Below, piece after piece: positions 35,782-50,495 of a stretch of DNA of 64,000 bases. The stretch spans positions 1,674,001-1,738,000 of the forward strand of contig NW_027191404.1 in the NCBI RefSeq assembly GCF_041146345.1. The letters are read 5' to 3'. How positions within the stretch are numbered: the first letter of the stretch is position 1; each line of letters opens with the position of its first letter. This DNA is from Neodothiora populina. Taxonomy: Eukaryota. The notes under the pieces are model-generated. The model did not search any database and was not told the DNA's origin. It worked only from the letters and a program-made list of their open reading frames with translations. The position numbers were made by a program, and so were the translations under genes.

Positions 35782-38013
35782 ATGCCATGCCAAACGCCAC
35801 TCTCGGGCGTCCTTGATGGCTGGACGGCGAGACAAGTCAGACTGAGTGCGAGAAATGTGAGACGATTCGGGACACAACCGCGCAGGCTCAACAGCAACAG
35901 CGACAGCGACATATCTCGTCGTGAATTCGACACCCCCGAGCAGCGCAGAAAGCAGCAGGAGCAAGACCTGCAGCGTCTGGATCGCGCCGTGGATCATCAC
36001 GACCTCGACAACACTCTGGAAGCCCATCGAGAATCCAATCTTGCCTCCGTCATACGGCCCATATACACGAACGGCCCCGTATCTACCGACTTTCGGCGGC
36101 CTAGCTTTTTGAAGGATGTGCCGAACCCGAAACTAGCCAGATCTTCCAAGAGCCGGCCGCCTCGCCGGCCTCTGCATCAGGATCGAGAGAACTACGAAGG
36201 AAGCAATGTGAAGTTGCCCGCCAGCGACATGCTCAACAAGATGTTCGGCATTGCCAAACAATCCTCTGCCGACCTTCAAAAGGCTGCGCCGAACAGGAAT
36301 GTCCCCTCGACGACGAAGCCCACCTTCCAAGTGGAGACATGGGAAACGCTCAATGTCGACCGGCCGCAGGGACACATCGTGGAGGAGACAAGACGAGCCT
36401 TCCTGCGGAAACACGAAGACCCTCTCCTTCCATTCAGCGAGATCCGAAACCGAGCAGCCTATCTCGACAGCATGAGAAGAGTGAGATGGACTTTGGCCAA
36501 GTTGGCACGAGAGACGAATGCATACAGATCAAATCCTCCGGGGCTGATAATGGGCATTCCGGACATCTCTGAAGACATCCTCGAGTACGTGGGTCAGGCT
36601 GTGCCTCTGACCGCATCCGATCTCGACCCCACCGCGTCAGAGCCCTGGGCGTATCGTCCACAGACGGAGGACTACACACCCGAACAACAACTGCAGTTCG
36701 AGATTGACCTATTCATGCAATGGTTGGCGCCCACGCTCGGCGAAGCAGCCGGTCGAAGAGCAGTATACCTCGAGATGGAGGACCTCCTGCGAGAAGCCGT
36801 CCCGATCGTCAAAACCAAGACCTTCGGCTCCGAGACGGTAGATCTAGTGACGCCCATGTCCGACCTCGACATTCGCATCTTCCGCGCCGACGAAAGCCAA
36901 TACAGCGGCATCGACAGAGCCAAGAACATGAAAGCAAGCATGGACACCATCTACGAGGCGCTCGAGAAGAGCCCTGCGTGGACGAACATCGTGAGACACC
37001 GAGGTCGCTTCCCCTTGCTAGGCGCCACCCACGTGGCCAGCGGTCTCCCCGTGCAACTCGTCGCCCACTCAGGCACCACCGTCACGGCATCACAGAGATC
37101 GCAACTGCAATACCTAGCCGAGTTCCCGACGCTCAAACCTCTCTATCTCCTCGTCCGCACAATCTTTCACATGCGCCGCCTGACAGACGTCTGGGACGGC
37201 GGCATGGCGTCCTACAGCATCTTCATGATGACGGTCGCGAGCCTCAAGCACCAGAAAAACGCCCACGACCCTTTGGTCAAGCAACTCGTCGCCTTCATGG
37301 ATTTCTTCGCCAGCTTCGACGTCTACAAGGCCGGGCTCAGCATCGAGCCACCCATGCTCTTCGTCAAGAAATGGCGAGACGTGCCGCAGACGCCTACCCA
37401 GAGCCCTGAGCGCTGGAAGGTGAGTTATTATTCTTCCTCTTCTCCTACTCCCCTCCCTTCTAAGCTAGCCCCCGTCTCTAAGGTCGGCCACGGCCAATTC
37501 ATCCTGCAAGCCCGCCCCTACTACCAACGCTACCTCTTGTGCCTGCAAGACCCCTCGGACCCCTACAATGACCTCGGCAAGAAGTCTTTCGCTATAAAAG
37601 ACATACAAGTGACGCTCGCAACTCTACGCGACGACCTGCGCGGCCGGCTGCACGAGCAAAAGGGCGCGCTGAGCTTCACGTCTGCGCCGATTCTGAGACG
37701 CCTCGTCGGCAGGTGCGATCAGATTTTCGATCAGAGAAGGTTGAAGCTGGAAATTAATGGGGAGGAGGCTTTCGAGGGGTTGGTTGCAAGGGGGTGGATG
37801 GTCAGGAGGTCGCGGGAGAGGGATGATGTGGAGAAGCGGGATTCGACGACGAAGATGACCGAGGACGGTGGAGAGGAAGGAGAGGAAGATGAAGTCGAGC
37901 ATGAATATATCTTGCTCCCGCAACAAAGTACAAAGGGGAAGCAACGCGACGCAGATCGTTTTGGAGACAAGGATAGCAAGAGTGACTTGGCCGACGAGGC
38001 AGCAAAGGAATAG
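35782..38013 (+). CDS. TRF4/Cid1-like non-canonical poly(A) polymerase / nucleotidyltransferase, probably mitochondrial; probable in-frame intron 37420-37482
   Basis: FGSETVDLVTPMSDLDI (hGS..DxD); GGMASYSIFMM; PAP-associated LCLQDPSDPYNDLGKK; Arg-rich presequence-like N-terminus. Confidence 0.82.
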   Translation: MPCQTPLSGVLDGWTARQVRLSARNVRRFGTQPRRLNSNSDSDISRREFDTPEQRRKQQEQDLQRLDRAVDHHDLDNTLEAHRESNLASVIRPIYTNGPVSTDFRRPSFLKDVPNPKLARSSKSRPPRRPLHQDRENYEGSNVKLPASDMLNKMFGIAKQSSADLQKAAPNRNVPSTTKPTFQVETWETLNVDRPQGHIVEETRRAFLRKHEDPLLPFSEIRNRAAYLDSMRRVRWTLAKLARETNAYRSNPPGLIMGIPDISEDILEYVGQAVPLTASDLDPTASEPWAYRPQTEDYTPEQQLQFEIDLFMQWLAPTLGEAAGRRAVYLEMEDLLREAVPIVKTKTFGSETVDLVTPMSDLDIRIFRADESQYSGIDRAKNMKASMDTIYEALEKSPAWTNIVRHRGRFPLLGATHVASGLPVQLVAHSGTTVTASQRSQLQYLAEFPTLKPLYLLVRTIFHMRRLTDVWDGGMASYSIFMMTVASLKHQKNAHDPLVKQLVAFMDFFASFDVYKAGLSIEPPMLFVKKWRDVPQTPTQSPERWKVSYYSSSSPTPLPSKLAPVSKVGHGQFILQARPYYQRYLLCLQDPSDPYNDLGKKSFAIKDIQVTLATLRDDLRGRLHEQKGALSFTSAPILRRLVGRCDQIFDQRRLKLEINGEEAFEGLVARGWMVRRSRERDDVEKRDSTTKMTEDGGEEGEEDEVEHEYILLPQQSTKGKQRDADRFGDKDSKSDLADEAAKE

Positions 38014-38515
38014 ACATCAAGAAGGACCGTTTACATGTAAAATGCAAATCGTCACGAGTCCTACCATTGTCATTCCGATCGCATGGTCCACTACATTGTC
38101 ATTCATCTTACTCTCTCGACCGCAGCCACGTCCCGGGTCAGGCCAATTAATCATCATGGGAAACCGTCTCGATTGCATGATATTATGCCTATCTATTGAT
38201 CCCAAGAAAAAAAGAAAAGGAAAACGCCCCAACGCTCGTATCACTGTGAAGAAGCAAAGGGCAAAAGTTGGGAGACTGATAGTTTGTGTGCATGAACATC
38301 CATTCGCAGCGCCGAAACAGGGAGATTGCCAATGCATTTTCTCAAGGGCTAATTTATGCCGTAGCAACACTGCGCGGCCCGAGGCTGAGCCAATGAATCG
38401 CTCTCCTCGAGGGCAAAATAGCCACCCATCATACGAAACCGCCGCCGTGCGGGGAGGCAAAAAGCACCATGCATCGGACGTCGCGTGGGCCGTTAATTCG
38501 TGCATACGCATTCGC

Positions 38516-39527
<1,012 letters not shown>

Positions 39528-40380
39528 TTTGGATGGATGTGTAATGTGATGTGAACAGGAATCTAGATTGTATCTAGGATCAACGACACAAGGGTCTGAA
39601 AAGGGAAGTTCTGATGTTTGCGCGGGGTTGTGTTGGATATGCGGTGTGGTAGTGGTAGAGGGAGTGTTTGTTCTGAAGAGAGAAGTCGTTAGTGCCCTGA
39701 AGAGGCTTCGGTCAGGGCGGAGGGGCGGCCCAACGTCATTAGATTCTTTCGCATTTCACCAAACCGCAACACCACAACAATGCAACAGCAGTCGTTGTTA
39801 TTAGGAGATGACTTACATTTATATTTCTAATCAATTAGCATGCATTGCTGTCGAAGAGGGAAAGCAAGACTCTTGTGGTCGTGAATCAACCATTCATACA
39901 GCACACTGTGGCCAAGCCAACTGCGGACGACAAGTGGCGATACGTAAGCAAAGGCGCTCAGCTGCACACTGTTTTCTCCTAATTGTCACGGGGGCTGACT
40001 GCTGCTGCCAGGACCAAAATGTCTTGCACGACTGATCAATAAAAACAGCGGTGCATTGGCTTTGTAACCGCCATCTACCTTGCCATACGGGTAGACTCCA
40101 TAATTGTGCATACCAGTAGTCAGACTTGCAGCGCCTGGCTTGGAACTTGCGTCTATATTTACATGACATCGACCACACGTGCTATATTACAGTACAGATG
40201 AACACTTCCCTGCATACATTTGACAACGCACCATGTCAAGCTTCCCTTGCTTCAGTGCTCGCATGATGCTCTGCTGCTCATCCTGCCCGAAGCGAGACTT
40301 ATGTGTATGACCGCATTCGTTCTTTGCTTCAAAAGTCTTCTAGAGGCGTGTGATCACCCACCAATGCAGCTCTTCTACTC

Positions 40381-41825
40381 TCAGCAGAAAGCTTGAAGAC
40401 CAGTTATAGCTCTTCCAAGAATAAGCGCTGTGCTGAAATTAGTAAGTCGTCCAAATGGATTTGCACTTTCCAGCAACTTACCGTGAATATCACTCTGGCC
40501 TTCGTATGTTTGTGTCACAAAGAGATTCGATACGTGTCGGCCAATGTGGTACTCGTCGCTGACGGCGTTTCCTCCAAACACCTCTTGCAGACTGTTGTAT
40601 CATTAGCGCTTGACTTCATTTTTCCTCGACAGCAAATCAAATCGTCTTACATTCTAGCATTCACGAGCGCGCGGTCGCAATTCTGTCGCTTGATCATCGA
40701 GATCATCTCCGGCGCCGCCATTCCTTCGTCCTTGAGTCGACCGACTTGCACAGCGGCAAGTATGCCGAATGCAGCGTCCGTTGTTGCATCAGCGAGCTTC
40801 TTCTGCACCAATTGATACTTGGCGATCGGGTTTCCCTTGAACTGCTTGCGCTCGAGGGCATACTCTCTAGTTCTAGCAATGCAGTCTTCGAGAGCGCCCA
40901 TTGTGCCCCAAGCGATGCCGTATCGTGCTCCGTTCAAGCAGCTGAAAGGGCCTCTTAGACCTTCAATGTCTGGGAACATGTTCGCCTCAGGCACTGGACA
41001 GTCATCTAGCTGAATCATTCCTGTGATAGATGCGCGGAGTCCGTTCTTGTTCTTGATGGCTGGCGTCTCCAGAGTGCCAGGAGGACATTGGTCCCGTTCC
41101 ACGAGGAAGCCCCTGATTTTGCCAGTCTCTTGTAACTTTGCCCACACCAGGAAGACGTCTGAGATAGGCGAGTTTGTGATCCACGTCTTCGCACCGCTCA
41201 GGCTGAAATAGCCTTTCTTTGTGGGATGCGGCTTAGCAGTAGTCTCCATGCTGCCCGGATCACTGCCGTGGTTGGGTTCGGTCAAGCCGAAGCAGCCCAA
41301 CATCTTGCCCTTGGCCAGCTGGGGTAGGAACTTTTCCTTCTGCTCCTGAGTGCCGAATTCGTCGATGCCTCCCATAACGAGAGACGATTGTACAGACATG
41401 CCGGATCGGTAGCCGGAATCTACTCGCTCGACTGCTCTGGTGATCAATCCCGAAGCGACACTGCTGACACCGGCGCATTCGTAGCCTTCGATTGTGGCAC
41501 CAAGTAGGCCCAGTTCTCCCATCTCTTCCAGGATTTTCTTGTCATAGGTCTCAGTGCGATATGCATCTACATCGAATTAGTCTGTGGCGAATCCTGTACA
41601 TGACTGATACAGCATACCTAGAACTCGAGGCAGCATTCTTTCCTGACAGTATGATTCGGCAGTCTCGGCAATGGCCAATTCTTCTTCCGTAAACAGATTG
41701 TTCGAACCTAAGGGGTCTTTCCAATCGAAAGAAGACGGTGCATGTGCGTAACGACGACTGCATACTGTTGCCGCATTATGCGATCTGAGTTGCCTTGAGG
41801 TCTGACGGGCAATGGATTTGAGCAT
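40381..41825 (-). CDS. Mitochondrial glutaryl-CoA dehydrogenase; 3 introns
   Basis: Presequence, then [46 protein letters not shown] and [19 protein letters not shown]. Confidence 0.95.
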
Positions 41826-42304
41826 CTTGTTGACACGAAGTGACACAACTAGATCAATCACAAGAGTAATTGGAAATTGCGGAGAAGAAGGATTGGAAAA
41901 GATATAATATATATGAGGCGAAATGTACTTTTAGTATATAAAGTATATACAATGGGATATGGTCATGGTCGGCTTGAGTGCCGATTAACCAGACCCCGCC
42001 TGTCTCTAATAGTCTGGAGATGCCGAGGCTCGAGCCCTTGCTGCTTCGTAGATGGGCCAAAAGTAGAAAGTGAGCTCCGAAGTATTCATTTTGACCCTTG
42101 GAGACTCATCGTTCTCGTTTATTATGGCCGAGGGTAGCGGGCAAACTCGCAACTTTTGATGGAATGGATATTCTTCGATCCTTGTTGTTGAAGTTGGGGA
42201 GTCCTTCAGCTTGGTCAATGCTAATGTGTCCGACTGTCCAGAGATGTAGAAGACGCGAGATCAATTATATGTCTTCTTTAGGCAGTAGCGCACTGACGTC
42301 AGGA

Positions 42305-42320
42305 ACGCGTTCTGACGCGC
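42305..42320. promoter_or_regulatory. MCB-like elements (ACGCGT 42305-42310, ACGCGC 42315-42320) upstream of FEN1
   Basis: Paired CGCG boxes ~170 nt upstream of a replication/repair gene. Confidence 0.5.
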
Positions 42321-42476
42321 GACTTCCTCCTCCAGGGTTCAATAATTGACATACAACATCTCACCTGCAGATAACTTTCTTACCTAGTTTACTGAATATT
42401 GCTCATTTCTACCATCGTGGCCTGTCTGTAGCCTCGAATCTGGATAGTTGGGTCAATATCCACAAGCGCAGCCGAC

Positions 42477-43830
42477 ATGGGTATTAAACGTGAGTTATAA
42501 GAGCGTCCTATTATCGGAGGGCAAGTATCTCATATTTCTTACAGAGCTGTACAAGCTCATTGATGAGCATTGTCCCGAAGCAGTGAAGACGGGAGAAATC
42601 AAGAATCAATTCGGTCGCAAAGTTGCCATTGTAAGTAGCCTCGATGCATGTTACTTGGTTTTCAGGCAAAACTTGATACTAACCATGCGCAGGACGCGTA
42701 AGAAAGATTATACCATGGATACTAGCTTTTCAATCTGACTTATTCTTTCTAGTTCCATGTCACTTTACTCTTTCCTCGTAGCCGTTCGGTCCGATGGTCA
42801 ACAACTCATGAACGAGTCTGGTGAAACGACGTCTCACTTGATGGGCATGTTCTACCGCACCCTTCGCATTGTTGAGAATGGCATCAAGCCTCTCTACGTC
42901 TTCGATGGAGCCCCACCGAAGCTCAAGTCTGGAGAGCTGGCGAAACGATTCCAGCGCAAGTCCGAAGCCCAAGAAGCTCACGAGGAGGCCAAGGAGACGG
43001 GTACCGCAGAAGAGATTGAAAAGTTCAGTCGTCGTACTGTCAGAGTCACGAGGGAACACAACGCCGAGGCGCAACGGCTGCTCAAACTCATGGGTGTGCC
43101 GTACATCATCGCCCCCACCGAAGCAGAAGCACAGTGCGCTGTCCTCGCACGAGCTGGCAAAGTCTACGCCGCAGCGAGTGAGGATATGGACACACTCACA
43201 TTCAACAGTCCTGTCCTGCTGCGCCATCTGACGTTCAGCGAACAGCGCAAAGAGCCCATCCAGGAGATCCATCTCGACAAAGTCCTGGAGGGCTTCGGTA
43301 TGGAGATGCCACAATTCATCGATCTCTGTATCCTGCTGGGCTGTGACTACGTGGATCCGGTCAAGGGAATCGGCCCAAAAGTAGCCTTCAATCTGATCAA
43401 GGAACACAAGACTTTGGACAAGGTAGTCGAGCACATCAAGACAACGAACAAATTCACATTGCCAGATGACTGGCCCTTCGAGGACGCGAGAATGCTGTTC
43501 ATCGAACCCGATGTGCGCTCAGCAGACGATCCAGAGTGCGACTTCAAGTGGGAAGCGCCAGACACCGAGGGACTCGTTAAGTTCCTGGTTGAAGAGAAAG
43601 GATTCAGCGAGGACAGAGTGCGCTCAGCGGCAGTGAGACTATCCAAGAACCTCAAGTCAGCACAACAAAGCCGGCTGGAGGGCTTCTTCAAGCCAGTGGC
43701 CAAGACGGATGAGGAGAAGCAGAGTCTGAAGCGGAAGAACGAGGCCAAGATTGAGGAGAAGAAGAAAAAGGCCAAGACTGCTGCGGCTGAGAAGAAGGCT
43801 GCCAAAGCGAAGCCAAGGGGAGGTGCTTGA
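42477..43830 (+). CDS. FEN1: Flap endonuclease 1 (Rad27); 3 introns and a 5-nt micro-exon at 42693-42697
   Basis: [51 protein letters not shown] and LLGCDY..KGIGP motifs; PIP box QSRLEGFF. Confidence 0.98.
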
Positions 43831-44174
43831 GCGGTAATATCTTTTGCTTCTTGTGTCTGATGGAGAAGCAAAAGGAGTTTTCCTTGGTGGTCAGTGGCAG
43901 GACGGGTCGGATGTTGCTTTTCTCCCCCTTATGATACCCCTTCATGTCTCTCTTTTTACATCGAGGAGAATGGACTACAAAGGCGGGAAGTTTCTTTCTG
44001 GGGTTTTAATTCTTCGAGGCGTTGCTCAGTATCAAGGAAGATAAGGTATGTATACATATACAAGTAGTCTTAAGTCAAAATGAAACCGAGATGAAAAAGA
44101 GAATGATTTAATATTGTAATAGATCTACACTACAATGAAGAAAGAAGCTCATCTTCTGGGAAATACACTTTACT

Positions 44175-45631
44175 TTACAGATACTTCTTGGGAGCATTGT
44201 CTCTGCGCTTCTTGTAGACCACGTAGGCGCCGATCAACATGACCTGGACGGCGACGACGACAAAGACAAACATGCCCATGCGGGGAGCCGATGTCGAGAT
44301 CACTGTTCGAGATAATCAGTGATGCGACTTCCCTTGACAGGGGCGAAGAAGAAGAAGATAACACGAGGGATGAAGACAAAAAAGCAAAGGGCAAAAAGAA
44401 AGAAAAAAAACTCACTCTTGGTGATGTGGTCAGGCAACTGATCGGTGACACCGCCCCTGACGCCCTCGACGGCCTGCTGCAGGTTCTTGAGAGACTCTCT
44501 ATAGTCCTTGCCCTCGACGTCTCTCTTGATATCCTGCACCGCGCGCTCGATGGTCTCCAGCCGTCTGCTCAGAGCGGCCAGAGCATCGTTGTTGTTATTG
44601 TTGTTGATTCCTCCCTGTTGTTGCGACTGCTGCGACGAAATACGCTCGAGGAGAGTCTTCTGCTGCGCGTCCATGTTGGCGGCGAGTTTGCCGAACTCGG
44701 CGAAGATGTTGGCAAATTGGTGAGACATGCCTTGTAGCCTGTTGTGCAGGTCGGCGAATTGCTCTTCTTGTTTCTGGATCGCGCTCGCGTCGACGTCGGG
44801 CAGTTGTTCGGGCGAGGAGGGGAATTTGTCGAGCTTTTCTAAGTGGGGAGGTTGCTGCTGCTGCTGCTGCTGCTGTTGGGGCTGTTTGTTGGGCTCTTCG
44901 CGGGTGATTGAGGTCGTGGTCGAGACGACGAATTTGTTGACCTCGAACGAGTCCGGGTTGTCTGCCGTGGCGGCGGTGACTCCGAAAAAGTAGTTTGGCG
45001 GCAGGTTCACGTTGTCGCTGGCGAAACAGGTGCGGTCGTCGATGTTGACCCTGAGGCCATTGTGGCCGTTCTCGATGCGCAGCTTGCTGGGACGGCCGAG
45101 GTTGCGGTACGAGTAGTCGCAGTGGGCGAAGGCGAGACTGTCCGGGTTGTGGTGGTCTTTGAAGTTGGCGCTGCCGTCGTTGAGGAAGCCCCTGATGGAG
45201 CCGCCGCCGTTGCCGTACTGATCGATGACCAGAGCGAAGCCGTCGAAGTTGCCGATGGTGTAGATGCTCGATTGGCCGACCGCTCTGCGTCCGTCTTTGA
45301 CGAACCAGATGTTCATGTTGCCGCTTCCTCTTTCCGGTCCCGAGGCACGGAAGTCGATCTCGGCCGACCATTCTGGGTGCAGGATGGCTTGGTCTGCCCA
45401 CACGGCTCCACGTGCAGAGCCTGGCGCTGGAGGAGTGACGATGACGCGATCAGACAGAAGCTGTGGAATGTGGTTCTCGCCAGACAGATGCCAGCCCGGG
45501 ATGCCTCGTCCATTGGGCGAGATTGGTGTCTGGTGGCCGAAAGAGACCGAGTCTATGACATATTGCGCCGAGGCAGCAGAGGCCAGGAACAGCGTGTAGA
45601 GCGCAGCGGCGGTGGTGGTGCTCGAGATCAT
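44175..45631 (-). CDS. L-type (legume-like) lectin cargo receptor, Emp46/47 / ERGIC-53-like; intron 44303-44415
   Basis: Signal peptide, ConA-like beta domain, coiled coil, single TM helix and dilysine tail KKRRDNAPKKYL. Confidence 0.88.
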
Positions 45632-46455
45632 TTTTATGTCGTTTATATTCATCGAGTGACGGCACTATCCTTGGAGAAAGCTGATCGGGTGGTCTTGATG
45701 GCAGTGACAGCAATCCAGGAGACGGCAAGGACAAGGACCAGCTTGTTTAATTCCTTGATGGCATTGACGACGTTGACGGAACAGTCGAAAGAATGATTTA
45801 TACCAAGACTGCCTGCGTGTTGGACACTGAACTGCTCCATGCTACTGTACCTTTTGTTACAACATATAATATATACGGAGATCACCAGCGGCAGATTATG
45901 TGGCCTCTTCCGACAAGATATAGAGCTTCTGCCACTAATTAGGTCCCGTTTCTGGTACTGGTTCTGGTTCTTACTGTACCCTAACAAGAGCAAAGACCAT
46001 CTCTGACTAGCAGGCCCGTCATTGATTTTATCTAGTTTGTGTGCAAAGTACCTCTTGTTTCATCGCGGGTATCTCAAGGTTCCGGAAGTTCTCTGTGTTT
46101 GTGAAAAAAGTTCTTACAGATAGGTCTGCCGTTGTACTACACAGTAATTATGCTGTACATGTTTCTATCTGTAATTACATGACAATCATTATGGAATAAA
46201 CGGAAGGTGACCCGTGCATCTGGACAAACTCGCGCCTTCCCCTCCCCAGGGTGTGCGGTATTGTAATTAAGGAAGCAAGTAACTAAAACTAAACCTAAAA
46301 GAAGGGCTCTTTCTGCCAAGATTTCGAACCCTCTCTTCTTCCACTCGTGAAAGTTTCAGAGAAGTTCTGGTTGAGAGAGAAATAATCTATCCATTTTGCC
46401 ATCATTCTGTCATTTCCTTTTATTGAATTGCATCTTCTTGAAAGAGACCGTAATC

Positions 46456-48134
46456 ATGGCTGACGATCTAGAGGTATTTCCCAACACACTATTGTTTCTC
46501 TGATTTTCTCCCGAATCTGACACGTCCAAAAAATAAAGGCGAGACTGGAGAGCCACGCTCAGGCATTCGAAGGACTTCTTTCCCTCATCCCCGCAAAAGA
46601 TTACTATGGCCAGGACAACAGTGTATGTTTGCAGCCACCTCTTCCCTCCAGCGCCGTCGTCTGACTGTCCCAGGATCAATGGACGAGGAAGAAGCAGACC
46701 AAAGAGCAGAAGCGCGCCGCCAAGCGAGCAAAGCTGAACCCCGAGAACCAAAAGACGGCAAAGGACGTCATGGATGAGAACGAAAAGAAGAGAAAGAGGG
46801 AGCTCGGCATCGACTCTGACAGCGAAGACGAATCAACACCCGCCACAGCCATTCCCGAACCAGAGTCAACAGGCGACGAATTACGGAAAAACAAGAAGCA
46901 AAAGGTAGACGGCAAACCAGAGACTTCCGAGGAAAAGGAAGCCGCGAAGAAGGCTGCCGCCGCCGATAAGCGAAAGGAGAAGCGTCAAGCAAAGAAGGAA
47001 AAGGCCGAGAAAGTCAAGCAAAAGCAGGATGCCAAAAAGTCCAAGAAGCAGGACAAGGATCTCGACGAACTCGCCGCAGAAAAGACCAACGCCGATGACG
47101 CCGACTCAGACGACGATCAAGACATGGAAGACGCTCCTCAATCCGACCATGTCGATGCCATGGACTTCTCCGGCCTGGTAGACGAAGACGACCACTCCAT
47201 CCCCACAAGCCCTGAACGCGACTCGTCCGTTTTCGACACCTCAAATCAGCAGTCTGCCGCTTCTTCGTCATCTTCAATAGTCCCGCCCGCCGAAGCTCCC
47301 ACATCAAATGCAACCGAGACCAAAGAGAAGAAAGAAAGGGCACTCAAACTACCCGAGGTCGACGCAGAAGAGCTCCAGAATCGACTAAGGGCACGCATCG
47401 AGGAACTCCGCGCACGACGGAAAGCAGATGGACCCACGGGTCAAGCGAGAAGCAGACAAGAGCTCCTCGAAACCCGCCGCAAAAAGGAGGAAGCACGCAA
47501 AGCGCACAAGAAGGAGCTCCGTCTCAAGTCCAAGCAGGCAGAGGAAGTCAAAAACAACGAGCGACTCCGCGGCAGCGGCAGCCCTCTGAGCACCGACATC
47601 TTCTCACCTCGCGTCGAAGAAAACAACTTCTCCTTTGGCCGTGTGGCATTTGAGGATGGAGTCGAGGCCGACGCCACTCTTTCCTCACTAAACGAGCACA
47701 AGAAGCGCAAGGGACCGCAGGACACGCGCTCGGCGCTTCAAGCCGCCGAGAAGAAAGCCCAGCGTCTCGCGGGCCTAGATGTCGAAAAGCGCGCCGACAT
47801 TGAGGAAAAAGACCTGTGGCTGAACGCCAAGAAGAAAGCACACGGCGAGAAGTTGCGCGACGACCAGAGCCTGCTGAGAAAGGCACTCAAGCGCAAAGAA
47901 AAGATCAAGACCAAGAGCGCGACCGAGTGGAACGAACGTCTTGACAACGTGAGGAAGGGCAAGGAGATGAAGGACGAGAGACGCGAGAGGAATCTGGCCA
48001 AGAGGAGGGAGGACAAGGGATCCAAGAAGGGAGGCAAGAAGGGTGGCGCGAAGGGTGGTGCCAAGGGAGGGTCCAAGGGCTCGTCTGGCGGCAAGAAGGG
48101 AAGACCTGGTTTCGAGGGTAGATTCAAGGCTTGA
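46456..48134 (+). CDS. RRP14: Ribosome biogenesis protein Rrp14 / SURF6; 2 introns
   Basis: N-terminal RLESHAQAFEGLLSLIPAKDYY..KRAKLNPE; SURF6 motifs GEKLRDDQSLLRKALKRKE..KSATEWNER and RPGFEG. Confidence 0.93.
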
Positions 48135-49505
48135 GAGAGGTATAGTAGGAGTGACACCCAGAAATGAAGGATACATACCTTTTATCAAAAGCGAGGTAAC
48201 CCTGGTCACTGCTTGAACAAAAAACGGGTCGAATGACTTTTCCGTTTCCAATACGCGTCTCACCTGCCTTTTCATCTCTGATCGTTCTGACATGACAAGC
48301 GACCATCGCTTGTGTCTTGTTCAGTCCTATGACCTGACTTACAAGTCATTTTCTCTTTCCTCTCCTTTATGGATGAGAGCGGATTCTTGAATTTTGTTCT
48401 CCACCACATCAATGTGCTGCCTTATCAGCCATTTACCCCAAAAGTATACTCACCTATTCAAATTTTACCTCAGAGTAAGGTACTGTATACCCACCTTTTC
48501 GGCCAAGGTGTCTGTCCCAGCTACCGCAAAGATACGCACCTTCCCATCCATCCTTCCAGTCCTTCCAAAGGCCAACACCCCTCTTCCTCTCCAAGCGATT
48601 CCACCAAGTCATCGAATCTTCTCGATATGGGTTATCCCGCTTCGTTTCTCTAGCTCTCGTCTCCTGTTGCTCGAGTTTTGAATTTTTTTTTCTTTTCTCT
48701 GTTTTTCGCTCTCTATCTTTCTGCTAGACTGATCGGTCTCTATTTTCCATCGTCTGTCTAGCGTGCATTCTGATTCTTATACTTCCATGAACTTAGTAGC
48801 TAGCGTGGCGTAGCATGACTTTTGAAAATCACAAAACAGAAGCAAGGGCAAGAAGAGGAGAGGAGAGGAGAGCGGGAAAGAAACAGATGAGAAGGGATAT
48901 CACTCAAAGACATACATTCTGAGTGGACCTGTAACTCTGCAGTTGCCCGACTCGAGACTGAGATAATAGGATATAGACGCAGGATTCGATCTCGGATATC
49001 CATCCCACTTGATCCTGATTAGCTTTTCTATCGGCAGGTTAGGAACGGACTCGACTGTTTGGTGGGATATGTCACTCATAAACGATGATAGATCAACAGG
49101 TGGTAGAAATGGGAGATCGGGGAGAGATGTCCATGAAAGATCAAGGTCAAATGACACAAGCGCGGAGAGCCAGAGGGAAACCAGGCGCATGGAACAGGAG
49201 ATGCATGAATGGTTTTTTTTTCGAAACAAGAAGAGGGAAAAAGTTGTTTATCTGTACAAAGAGGGTACAAAAAGACAAGCGAGGATATATATATGAGTGG
49301 GATGTGACTTGTGTGTCTTTCGACCCGAGAGATGCTCTGAGCACAAGCAGCGGCGGAAAGAAGAAATGCGCGCTTTCCTATCGTTTGCCCCTAGCCATGC
49401 TAATTCTCAAGTCTTTTGATTTCTCGTTTTCATATCTCCTCGGCTCCCAGCACGCCTCTGTCCACAATGCTCGGTTGATAGGAGAAAGAGAAGAAAAAAA
49501 GAGGT

Positions 49506-50314
<809 letters not shown>

Positions 50315-50495
50315 TGCGCAAGATTGTGTATGAAAAAGTGGTGAGAAGGTGATGATCTCGGCGAGTGTGTGTAGTGCTACTGTAGTGTCGCCTGCTGCTC
50401 TACTGTGTGTAGAGTGTCTGGCTCTGGCTGTGGCTCTGGCTGTGGCTCTGGCTCTGTGTGTCTCCGATGCTTGGGACTATTCCTCTTACTCTCGT

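Noticed and set aside
48740..49430. Possible small spliced gene between RRP14 and NDUFS8 (minus-strand GTATGT at 48915)
   Set aside because: Acceptor is ambiguous and the peptide unrecognisable; more likely 3'UTR sequence.
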